Source: Macrostomum lignano
Lineage: Eukaryota
Direction: 5' to 3'
NCBI GenBank assembly: GCA_002269645.1
Contig: NIVC01001313.1
Coordinates: 186,001 to 250,000 of the forward strand
Length of the DNA: 64,000 bases
Every line of letters begins with the position of its first letter. Positions within the stretch are counted from its first letter, which is position 1. Positions 26,901 to 38,284 of this stretch are shown piece by piece. The translations under genes were made by a program, and so were the position numbers. A model generated the notes under the pieces. The model did not search any database. It was not told the origin of the DNA and saw nothing but the letters and a program-made list of their open reading frames with translations.

Positions 26901-27203
26901 CAACTCGTCGCCTAATACCTTTGAAGCCGCCGCCCGGCTGCTGTCTAATCTCACTAAGGACTCGGCTGAGCGGAGTCGCCTACTGTTGGACACCATCTCT
27001 GTGCAGGGCGTGCACCGGCTGCTGGTGCTGTCCGAGTCTGACACTATTTCCCGTTCCCTGCTGATGCTGCTCAAATCTCTGGTGTGGGAGATGGCTGGTA
27101 TTGAAGAGTATAGGTGAGATATCTAATTATTGGTGTCTGGGTATGGCGCCGTGTGACATTTAATAGTGTGTCTGTGTGTGGTGTGGCGTCATGTGACAGT
27201 GAA

Positions 27204-27237
<34 letters not shown>

Positions 27238-30200
27238 CGCCATGTGACATTGAATAGTGTGTCTGTGTGTGGTGTGGCGCCATGTGACATTGAATAGTGT
27301 GTCTGTGTGTGGTGTGGCGCCATGTGACATTGAATAGTGTGTCTGTGTGTGGTGTGGCGCCATGTGACATTGAATGGTGTGTCTGTGTGTGGTGTGGCGC
27401 CATGTGACAGTGAATAGTGTGTCTGTGTGTGTGCCGCCTGCAGCCGCCATGTGACAGTGAATAGTGTCTGTGTGTGGTGTGGCGCCAAGTGACATTGAAT
27501 AGTGTGTCTGTGTGTGGTGTGGCGCCATGTGACAGTGAATAGTGTGTCTGTGTGTGGTGTGGCGCCATGTGACAGTGAATAGTGTCTGTGTGTGGTGTGG
27601 CGCCATGTGACAGTGAATAGTGTGTCTGTGTGTGTGTGCCGCATGTGACAGTGAATAGTGTGTCTGTGTGTGTGTGCCGCCATGTGACAGTGAATAGTGT
27701 GTCTGTGTGTGTGTGCCGCCATGTGACAGTGAATAGTGTGTCTGTGTGTGTGCCGCCATGTGACAGTGAATAGTGTGTCTGTGTGTGGTGTGCCGCCATG
27801 TGACAGTGAATAGTGTGTCTGTGTGGTGTGCCGCCATGTGACAGTGAATAGTGTGTCTGTGTGTGTGTGCCGCCATGTGACAGTGAATAGTGTGTCTGTG
27901 TGTGTGTGCCGCCTGCAGCCGCCATGTGACAGTGAATAGTGTGTCTGTGTGTGGTGTGGCGCCATGTGACAGTGAATAGTGTGTCTGTGTGTGTGTGCCG
28001 CCATGTGACAGTGAATAGTGTGTCTGTGTGTGTGTGCCGCCATGTGACAGTGAATAGTGTGTCTGTGTGTGGTGTGCCGCCATGTGACATTTAATAGTGT
28101 GTCTGTGTGGTGTGGCGAATGTACATTCGTATCATTAATAAATGCAGCTGTGCACACATGATGCTTATTGACAAACAATAGATACTACTGACAGTAAAAC
28201 AAACTGACGAGATTCGGATCTGATCGCGCAAGCACTGTATCAAACAGTCTATTAGTCAATCTATACTAATATAATGTAATGAGTTTAAATGCCTTCTTTT
28301 ATTTTTAAACAGGAAGCGACGCAGCAAAGCGGAAGAAGATCGGCGCAAATCCCTAGCCATGGGCATGGTTGCTAAGCCGCTGCCTCAGCTGTTGCTAACC
28401 GACGAAATTGCTCAGCGTATTGACGCCCTACTGCGAGAATTGCTACAGGCTTCGCATAGCAACCGACTGCAGGCTTTTACTAGAGACTCTGTGCTGGAGC
28501 TGCTGGTAATTTTAGTATTAGTTATGTTGTTTTAGGCTAAATATATATGTAACCCCTATAAAAGTGGGATGGTCACATGTCTGTGACCGTTCTGTGACCC
28601 TCAAACACCGGTATCGCATGTAACACTCCATTTTGACCTTCTGATCTGATGTCACCCTCACATAAACCTAGTGACCGTTCCGTTACGGTCACATTTGACG
28701 GTCACAAGTGTGACAGACAGTGTCACATTCTTGACGGTCACAAAAAATGTGACCATCGTACTTTTATGCTGATTTTAAGTCTTAATAATCTTAATTAAGA
28801 TTAATAAGTAATCTTAATAAGTCTTAATTATTAATCTATCCCTTCTACAGGTGATGCTAATCAATAAGAAGGAATCCCTAGCCTGGTACAAACAGTTCCT
28901 AGACTGCGGCGGAATTGAGACTATACTCAACGTTACTTGCGCTTTTCACAAAGGCTCGCACGAGCATCTGCGAGTGACTGAGGACACTAGGCGTCACGCT
29001 TCTCTACTATTGGCCAGGATCTACGATGATCTGACTTCGGATCAGATGCGCCAGACTTTCCGAGAGGCAGCCTGCACTTTTGTAATGGACCTACTCACCG
29101 ATAAATTCTTCGATTCTAAAATTGAAGCCTTGAATGCGATTGGCGCCCTGCTGGAGGGGCCGCACGAGATTGCGCAGTCTATTATTGGCAGCGAGGGCAT
29201 TCTGGAGGGTGAGTGCTTGTATTAGCTGGATCAGGGGTCGGATAATCCGAACCCGCGAAGCCTCTATCCGTTCAATTCCTCGGGTCCTTTGAAACGCTAA
29301 TGTGTCACTGTCCGGCCTGCTCAAGGTTTGTGTCTCTTCTCAGCTCTCTCTCCCCTCCTCTCCCTCCTCTCTCCCCGTCTCCGCTTCCTCTACCGTCTCT
29401 TATCTCCCTCTCTCCTATCCGTTCTCCTCTCTCCCCCCCTTCTACCCTTCTCTCCCCCTCCTCCCCCTCTCCTCTCTCCCCTCTCGTCCCCTCCCCCTCC
29501 TCTCCCTCTCCTTCCCTCCCCCTCCTCTCCCCTCTCCTCTCCCCCTCCTCTCCTCTCTCCTCTCCCCCGTCATCTCCCCTCTCCTCTCCCTCTGGGCTCT
29601 CCTCAGTCCTCTCTTTTCAGCTCTCGTCTCTTATCTCTCCTCTTTTCTCTTTATTTTCTCTTCTCTCTAAACCGCATTCGAACGCTAAATTCTGTCTGGT
29701 CCATAAGAATTAAGTTACCGGCTTCTGGGATAGATGCTAATTCTGTCTAGCTCTTATCCCTTAACAGCTCTGACTCCCATTGAGAATCGCCTCATTCAAC
29801 TGGCTTGAATTATTTCGATCTAGCTAAAGTCCACTTTTTTAAAGCGATTACAGGCTTTAGAATGCATTGGTGCATTCATCGGACTTTGTGTCTGTCTCTA
29901 TTGATAAAACGGTTACTCAACCTCTGCATCGTTCGCAGGCGTCCTACTTCTAGCTCAAAGCGGCATAGAACTGCATCAGCGCCTCGCCCTGGAGACTTTA
30001 GTGCTGGCAATCAGCAAGAAAGCCAAAGCCGACTCGGTGCTGCGCTCAGCTATGCCTGTACTCCAGCAGCTGTACACTAGCGGCAAAGATTCTATTAAAG
30101 TCCGGGCTCTAGTCGGCCTGTGCAAACTGGGCACCGCTAGCGGCTCGGACAGCTCCTGTCGCGGCCTGGCCGACGGATCCAATGTAGTGCTGGCCAAGTC

Positions 30201-33200
30201 TTGTCGACGTTTCCTGGCTAATCCGGACAAAGACTTGGACCTGCGTCGGTGGGCTGTTGAGGGGCTCGCCTTTTTGTGCTTGGACGCTGAGGTGAGATTA
30301 GCTTTTTCCACTGGTCTCGTCCCTAGGCGAGACTAAATTTAAGGTGTCGCTAATGTGTCACTAAGAGTGTAGCTAATGTGTCGCTAATGTGCGACTAAGA
30401 TCAGTGTCGCTAATGTGTCACTAAGATCAGTGTCGCTAATGTGTCACTGAGATCAGTGTCGCTAATGTGTCACTAAGATCAGTGTCGCTAATGTGCCACT
30501 GAGATCAGTGTCGCTAATGTGTCACTGAGATCAGTGTCGCTAATGTGTCACTGAGATCAGTGTCGCTAATGTGTCACTGAGATCAGTGTCGCTAATGTGT
30601 CACTGAGATCAGTGTCGCTAATGTGTCACTGAGATCAGTGTCACTAATGTGACACTCGGAGTGTAGCTAATGTGTCACTAAGAGTGTAGCTAATGTGTCA
30701 CCAAGAGTGTAGCTAATGTGTCACTAAGAGTGTAGCTAATGTGTCACCAAGAGTGTAGCTAATGTGTCACTGAGATCAGTGTCGCTAATGTGACACTCGG
30801 AGTGTAGCTAATGTGTCACTAAGAGTGTCGCTAATGTGTCACTAATGATTTCTTTAATGTGCCACTGAGGGTGTCGCTAATGTGTCACTAGGAGTGTCGC
30901 TAATGTGTCACTTCGAGTGTCGCTAATGTGTCACTAGGAGTGTCGCTAATGTGTCACTTAAGGTGTCGCTAATGTGTCACTAATAATGTCGCTAGTGTGT
31001 CACTAAAAGTGTCGATAATGTGTCACTTAGGATGTCGCTAATGTGTCACTAATGATGTCGCTAATGTGTCACTAATGATGTCGCTAATGTGTCACTAAGA
31101 GTGTCGCTAATGTGTCACTAAGAGTGTCGCTAATGTGTCGCTAATGTGTCACTAAGAGTGTCGCTAATGTGTCACTAAGAGTGTCGCTAATGTGTCACTA
31201 AGAGTGTCGCTAATGTGTCGCTAATGTGTCACTAATGGTGTCGCTAATGTGTCACTAAGAGTGTCGCTAATGTGTCACTAAGAGTGTCGCTAATGTGTCA
31301 CTAAGAGTGTCGCTAATGTGTCACTAAGAGTGTCGCTAATGTGCCGCTAATGTGTCACTAAGAGTATCGCTAATGTGTCACTAAGGGAGTCACTAATGTG
31401 TCACTAAGAGTGTCGCTAATGTGTCACTAAGAGTGTCGCTAATGTGTCACTAAGAGTGTCGCTAATGTGTCACTAAGGGAGTCACTAATGTGTCACTAAG
31501 GGTGTCGCTAAGTGTTGCTGAGTGCCTCCCAAAGTAGGGTAGTAGCAACATTTTTTTGTACCAAAATATCACTGCTTCGTAGTGTCAATCATGGGGTTTA
31601 TGTTAATGATGACCTTTCCTGTCTTAATTAATCGATTGAACTTGAAAACAGGTGAAAGAGGACCTATGCGAGCACACTGAAGCTCTGCAGGCCCTATCGG
31701 ATCTGGCTTTGCGCTCGCGCGATCCCGCCATAGTTTATCCGTGCGCCGCTGTGCTAGTGAACCTCACTAACAGCTACGATAAGCAGGACATCATGCCAGA
31801 GATGGTTGAACTAGCCAAATTCGCTAAGCACCACGTGCCCGAGGAGCACGAGAAGGACGGGCACGCCTGGGTTGAAGGTCGGATTAATCGGCTAGTGAAG
31901 GCTGGTATGCTGCCGGCTCTGGTGCAGCTCGCCTCCGTGTCGGATAAGGCTATGCAGGTGAGTTGCCAAATATAGGATATCTAAGACAAGCCCCATCAGT
32001 TTTTGTCCGAGCCCCTTGTAGCCAGTTTTTGTCCGAGCCACTAATAGAGTTTTGTCTGAGTCACTAGTAGAGAGTTTTTTGTCCGAGTCACTAGTTGCCA
32101 GTTTTTGTCCGAGCCACTAGTAGAGAGTTTCTTGTCCGAAGTCACTAGTAGAGAGTTTTTTGTCCGAAGTCACTAGTAGCCAGTTTTTTGTCCGAAGTCA
32201 CTAGTAGAGAGTTTTTTGTCCGAAGTCACTAGTAGAGAGTTTTTTGTCCGAAGACACTAGTAGAGAGTTTTTTGTCCGAGTCACTAGTTGCCAGTTTTTT
32301 GTCCGAGCCACTAATAGAGTTTTGTCTGAGTCACTAGTAGAGAGTTTTTTGTCCGAGTCACTAGTTGCCAGTTTTTGTCCGAGTCACTAGTTGCCAGTTT
32401 TTTGTCCGAAGTCACTAGTAGAGAGTTTTTTGTCCGAAGTCACTAGTAGAGAGTTTTTTGTCCGAAGACACTAGTAGAGAGTTTTTTGTCCGAGTCACTA
32501 GTTGCCAGTTTTTTGTCCGAGCCACTAGTAGCGAGTTTTTGTCCGAGTCACTAGTAGAGAGTTTTTTGTCCGAGTCACTAGTTGCCAGTTTTTGTCCGAG
32601 TCACTAGTTGCCAGTTTTTTGTCCGAAGTCACTAGTAGAGAGTTTTTTGTCCGAAGTCACTAGTAGAGAGTTTTTTGTCCGAAGTCACTAGTAGAGAGTT
32701 TTTTGTCCGAGTCACTAGTTGCCAGTTTTTTGTCCGAGCCACTAATAGAGTTTTGTCTGAGTCACTAGTAGAGAGTTTTTTGTCCGAGTCACTAGTTGCC
32801 AGTTTTTGTCCGAGTCACTAGTTGCCAGTTTTTTGTCCGAAGTCACTAGTAGAGAGTTTTTTGTCCGAAGTCACTAGTAGAGAGTTTTTTGTCCGAAGAC
32901 ACTAGTAGAGAGTTTTTTGTCCGAGTCACTAGTTGCCAGTTTTTTGTCCGAGCCACTAGTAGCGAGTTTTTGTCCGAGTCACTAGTAGAGAGTTTTTTGT
33001 CCGAGTCACTAGTTGCCAGTTTTTGTCCGAGTCACTAGTTGCCAGTTTTTTGTCCGAAGTCACTAGTAGAGAGTTTTTTGTCCGAAGTCACTAGTAGAGA
33101 GTTTTTTGTCCGAAGTCACTAGTAGAGAGTTTTTTGTCCGAGTCACTAGTTGCCAGTTTTTTGTCCGAGCCACTAATAGAGTTTTGTCTGAGTCACTAGT

Positions 33201-35872
33201 AGAGAGTTTTTTGTCCGAGTCACTAGTTGCCAGTTTTTGTCCGAGTCACTAGTTGCCAGTTTTTGTCCGAGCCACTAGTAGAGAGTTTTTTGTCCGAAGT
33301 CACTAGTAGAGAGTTTTTTGTCCGAGTCACTAGTTGCCAGTTTTTTGTCCGAGCCACTAGTAGCCAGTTTTTTGTCCGAGCCACTAGTAGCGAGTTTTTG
33401 TCCGAGTCACTAGTAGCCAATTTTTTGTCCGAGCCACTAGTAGCGAGTTTTTGTCCGAGTGAGAGAGTGAGAAATCTCTTTTTGAAAGAGATTTTTGGTC
33501 GAGCAACTGGTAGTAGCGAGTTTTTAATAATAATATATTAATACTAATATATTCTAGTGCTCTACTTATAGTAGAAATGTAGTAAAATAGGTTAAACAAT
33601 AAAGTCCCTATCCCTATATTCCAATTATACAATCAATCCAGGTCACCAACACCTGTCGCGAACTGCTCAGCCGAGTCTTTCTAGCCACCCTCACCATGCC
33701 GGAGCACCGCGGCCCGGCCGTGGCAGCCGGCGCGGCCAAGGCGCTGCTGTCCCTGGCCAACAGCCGAAACACGGACGGCGGCCAGGTGCTGGCTGCTCAA
33801 GCCCTGGCCAGGCTGGCCATCAGTCTCGACCCGGAGACCGCCTTCCCCGGACAGCGGGCCGCCGAGCTGGTCCGGCCGCTTAATCAGCTGCTGCACGCTG
33901 AGGCCAACTCGCTGCAGGTGATTATTGAGCACCTTGGGGCTGTTTTGAGCTCTGCTTTCTGGTATAGTCATTAGCTCCTCGAGAGTCACTCTTTAGCCTC
34001 ATTGAGAATCACTCTCACCCCATTGAGAATCACTCTCGCTCCATTGAGAATCACTCTCACCCTATTGAGAATCACTCTCACCCCATTGAGAATCACTCTC
34101 ACCCCATTGAGAATCACTCTCACCCATTGAGAATCATTCTCACCCATTGAGAATCACTCACCCCATTGAGAATTACTCTCGCTCCATTGAGAATCACTCT
34201 CACCCATTGAGAATCATTCTCACCCATTGAGAATCATTCTCACTCCATTGAGAATCACTCTCACCCATTGAGAATCACTCTCGCTCCATTGAGAATCACT
34301 CTCACCCATTGAGAATCACTCTCGCTCCATTGAGAATCACTCTCACCCTATTGAGAATCACTCTCACTCCATTGAGAATCATTCTCACCCCATTGAGATT
34401 GAGAATCACTCTCACCCCATTGAGAATCACTCTCACCCCATTGAGAATCACTCTCACCCCATTGAGATTGAGAATCACTCTCACCCCATTGAGAATCACT
34501 CTCACCCCATTGAGAATCACTCTCACCCCATTGAGATTGAGAATCACTCTCACCCCATTGAGAATCACTCTCACCCTATTGAGAATCACTCTCACTCCAT
34601 TGAGAATCATTCTCACCCCATTGAGATTGAGAATCATTCTCACCCATTGAGAATCACTCTCACCCATTGAGAATCACTCTCGCTCCATTAAGAATCACTC
34701 TCACCCATTGAGAATCACTCTCGCTCCATTGAGAATCACTCTCACCCTATTGAGAATCACTCTCACTCCATTGAGAATCATTCTCACCCCATTGAGATTG
34801 AGAATCACTCTCACCCCATTGAGAATCACTCTCACCCCATTGAGAATCACTCTCACTCCATTGAGAATCATTCTCACCCATTGAGAATCACTCTCACCCA
34901 TTGAGAATCACTCTCACTCCATTAAGAATCACTCTCACTCCATTGAGAATCACTCTCACTCCATTGAGAATCATTCTCACCCATTGAGAATCACTCTCAC
35001 CTTATTGAGAATCACTCTCACCCCATTGAGAATCACTCTCACCCCATTGAGAATCACTCCTGAACGCACCACAGGTGTACGAGGCCCTGCTAGCTCTGAC
35101 CAACCTGGCCAGCGCCGGCGACAGCCTCCGCTCCCGCCTGCTGTCCGAAATCGGTCTCGGCCGCATCCGCCACTATATGTACGACGATCATAGGCAGCTC
35201 CGTATAGCCGCCACCGAGTGCCTGTGCAACCTCTGCATGCTGGACAAGGTCGGCGATTCCATAGCCGCCGCCGCCGCTGCCGGCACCTCCGAGGACGTCA
35301 AACTGTTGCTGCTGTTCTGCGCTCCGCCGCGCGACGCGGACGAATCAACTGCCGAAGCCGCCGACGACAAGAAAGAGAAGCTGGCCCCAATTAACGAAGG
35401 AGGCGACGGCGAGGACAAACTCGAACCTTTGGTTAAGCCAGAAGATGGCGAGGCTGCTGTCGCTGCTCCAGCTGCTTCCGCCGCCCCCGCCACGCCGGAG
35501 GAGCCGCCGGAGACGCCGGCCGATCGCGAGCGCCTCGTCCTGGCCGCCTCAGGCGCCTTGGCCCACCTGACCACCAGAGTGGAAGTAGTCGGCCGGATGC
35601 TCTCGTATCCTGTCTGGCCAGACTCGATGTCTTACCTGGCCTCGCATCCTAATCCGCTAATTGCTCATCGCGGCTTGTACATCCTTCGGAATGCGTGCGC
35701 CTGCACCGACTCGGAGCTGGCCGCCTGGGTGGCCGCCTCCCCGCTGCTTGAAGTGCTGATGGCCGTCAGCAGGCTGGACAATGAGCCGGCGTTTAAGGCG
35801 GCCCGCGACCTGGCCAAGGAGGCTCTGGACTGCCTGGCCAAGGCGGGGTTCATTCGCTCAGTGGCTCCTTGA
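23974..35872 (+). CDS. UNC45: UNC-45 myosin chaperone (TPR, central ARM, UCS domains), about 1036 aa
   Basis: Eight exons join in phase: 23974-24366, 26680-27113, 28313-28505, 28851-29208, 29939-30291, 31652-31957, 33642-33917, 35075-35872. Motifs [17 protein letters not shown] (TPR), [26 protein letters not shown] and [12 protein letters not shown]. Confidence 0.95.
24480..25000 (+). repeat. 28/30-bp minisatellite (CCTCCCAGATCCTCAGTTGCTGGACCAG) in the first UNC-45 coding intron
   Basis: Tandem copies visible. Confidence 0.93.
25193..26601 (-). mobile_element. Internally deleted mariner (Tc1/mariner) element with 193-bp TIRs, flanked by TA
   Basis: TIRs 25193-25385 and 26409-26601 read as reverse complements, with TA on both sides. 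Transposase pieces: HTH and WVPR...TQDES (26165-25680), then SPCLAPSDY...GDYFE (25687-25460). Confidence 0.93.
27135..28115 (+). repeat. About 34-36-bp GT-rich minisatellite (GCCATGTGACAGTGAATAGTGTGTCTGTGTG) in UNC-45 intron
   Basis: Tandem copies visible. Confidence 0.93.
29330..29650 (+). repeat. CT-rich low-complexity tract in UNC-45 intron
   Basis: Nearly pure pyrimidine on the + strand. Confidence 0.9.
30340..31510 (+). repeat. 23/25-bp minisatellite (GTGTCGCTAATGTGTCACTAAGA) in UNC-45 intron
   Basis: Tandem copies with sub-variants. Confidence 0.95.
31995..33460 (+). repeat. About 25-27-bp minisatellite (TTTTTGTCCGAGTCACTAGTAGAGAG) in UNC-45 intron
   Basis: Tandem copies with visible higher-order blocks. 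Confidence 0.95.
33990..35060 (+). repeat. 20/21-bp minisatellite (CCATTGAGAATCACTCTCAC) in the last UNC-45 intron
   Basis: Tandem copies ending about 15 nt before the 35074 acceptor. Confidence 0.95.
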
Positions 35873-35924
35873 TTGAGTGTGCCGCGCTGTCCTTTGTCGG
35901 AAGTCAGTTGATCTTTTATTGATT

Positions 35925-36375
35925 AGTATTGATCGATTTCTGATAAGCATCGATTGATTATTGATAAGTTTCGATTGACTATTGATAAACATCGATTGAT
36001 TATTGATAAGCATCGATTGACTATTGATAAGCATCGATTGGCTATTGATAAGCATCGATTGACTATTGATAAACATCGATTGGCTATTGATAAGCATCGA
36101 TTGGCTATTGATAAGCATCGATTGACTATTGATAAACATCGATTGACTATTGATAAGCATCGATTGGCTATTGATAAGCATCGATTGGCTATTGATAAGC
36201 ATCGATTGGCTATTGATAAGCATCGATTGGCTATTGATAAGCATCGATTGGCTATTGATAAGCATCGATTGGCTATTGATAAGCATCGATTGGCTATTGA
36301 TAAGCATCGATTGGCTATTGATAAGCATCGATTGGCTATTGATAAGCACCGATTGATTATTGATAAGCACCGATG
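35925..36375 (+). repeat. 21-bp minisatellite (CTATTGATAAGCATCGATTGG) just downstream of the UNC-45 stop
   Basis: About 21 tandem copies. Confidence 0.95.
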
Positions 36376-37127
36376 AGTAGTCTGATTTTTGCATGCTAAT
36401 ATACGAGTAATTAATAATTTTGCTTCACCTCTGCCATTTAAAATTAATATTCAGCTAATTTCATCCCTCAACGAAATTTTTAACTCTTTTATTCAACTAA
36501 TTTGACAAATCACGGAGCATATTTATGCATAGTTATATTACTTGTATAGTTTGCTATGCCTATTGTTTGCTGTGCTATATTGTCATTTAGTATCGCATGT
36601 TTCCCTAACACACCTGCATGGCCTTGTATCTACCCTGTGTGCTCTTTCTAAACTAGTCAAATCAGTATTGCATGATGTTTGCTATAGCAATTATGTCTGC
36701 GTGTTTAGCCCAATTTTACGAGTAATCAGAACGTTTGTCAGAACTTTTTTAATCTCAGTTTTTGAGCTGCCTATATCACGCCTATTGTCTACAGGTGCAC
36801 GTAAGACGTTAGACGACATTAAAAATTTAAAGTAAACATTTTCACCAAGCCAGTTTTTTCTCTTCTCGCCTTGAACTTATTAAAACTCAACAGTGTTGAA
36901 AATGTGTTGTCTTAATTGTTTAGAACTGATAGGAGCCGAGTTTATACTTAACTTACTTTACATTAGAAAAGATTATAGGCCGGTACAAAAAGTAACAAGA
37001 CAAACTCACATTCTCAATGATGTGAGAGCACATAAGCCCACAGTTGTAAATACTCACAAGTGACAAGCTGAACTTTTGTTTTGTTCTTTTTTTGATCAAT
37101 TATAAGAGGTCGTATTTTTATTAAATA

Positions 37128-37332
37128 TCCGGTTGGTAAGGAAGTTCTCGCCGTTTTTTCTTCATTTCAACAAACCGAGATTTCACGAGTATAACAACAA
37201 AGTTATTCAACGAAGTGATTCAAACAAAGTTATTCAGTAATTCAGTAATTCTGGAAAGAAAGTTCCAGAACATTCTGGAAAAAAAGTTTCTGGAGTTTTC
37301 TAGAAACGGCGAGAACTTTCTTACCAACCTAA
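37128..37332. mobile_element. Mariner-type MITE (about 205 bp), flanked by TA
   Basis: Terminal inverted repeats GGTTGGTAAGGAAGTTCTCGCCGTTT and AAACGGCGAGAACTTTCTTACCAACC. The right end reads TTAGGTTGGT, like Hsmar1-type TIRs. Confidence 0.8.
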
Positions 37333-38284
37333 TATTTTGCCTATACAACTATGGGCTTATGAAATGAGAAATAAACAATATAAGCTACATGTGTATGAAA
37401 TACAACAACGATTCGCGCTTAACCCAGTGCAATTTTTTACTAAACACCTGTTCTATGCGCGCTTAATCAGCCTTCTCCAAAGTTGATTCTAGCTCGTATA
37501 TCTAGAGTCGAGCGGTGAGGGTCAAAATCTAAAGTTCGAAAAAGTCTACAAAACTTTTATAGACTCGCATCCATAGACGTCGCATCCATGCGTTAATGAG
37601 AAACTCCTCCACATCCGCTAGGTGTTGGCCTGGGGCAGGCTTGAAATTTTCAGAACTGGGCTTTGCCTCCAAAGGCCATCCAGAAGGTTGATCTCGCTGT
37701 AACTGTAGATAGACAATAATATAATGCAATGAAAAAAACAATTAATTGGCTGAGTTAATTAAAGCTTTGTTTAAAGGCATTTTAAGCTTCCATATTCCTT
37801 TTAATCTTTCTACGAGTAAGACACAAGATGATGACTTACCCATTCTGAAACATTTATTTGCCGATTTTTAATTGTCAGGTCTTCAGAAGATTCAAAACGT
37901 TTAGTCATCATTGATAATGACCAGTTAGTGAAGACAGAATCACGTGAGCGAACAAGCTTTTTTCCTCCAAACTGATGCCCATTTACAGGATAAGAGAATT
38001 AGAGTCTAAAAGCATAAGCAGGTATACCAACACTTATAATTTATAGATCAAAGTCACTCAGCAACACTGAAAACCGTTATCCTAGACTCATTGCGCCTGA
38101 GCGGAGTTGGAATACCTTCCGTCATTAGCAGTGTAGTGAGCTGAAGTCTCACTACAATCGCTCTGCCAAATGCTCTGTGGTAGCGGTTTTCAATACTGCT
38201 GAGTATACTTGTTTACTCTGAAAAGCAGCTCCGCAATCTCTGAACTTACCAATATCTGCTTGATATGACCTGTCTAATCTAAAG

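Noticed and set aside
25146-27074. Identical peptide [13 protein letters not shown]... in two ORFs, suggesting a duplicated gene
   Set aside because: It is the translation of the two mariner TIRs on opposite strands.
9052-36375. Regular 20-36-bp arrays as CRISPR-like loci
   Set aside because: Units are directly adjacent with no unique spacers, there are no cas genes, and the context is eukaryotic introns.
23234-36394. Repetitive ORFs at 23234, 24444-25151, 27071-28178, 29300-29750, 33223-33541, 34302-34901 and 35858-36394
   Set aside because: All coincide with minisatellites or low-complexity tracts in UNC-45 introns or flanks.
37529-37741. 70-aa minus-strand ORF downstream of caspase A as an extra exon
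   Set aside because: Caspase A already has its own stop at 38285, and no recognisable domain or linking donor was found.
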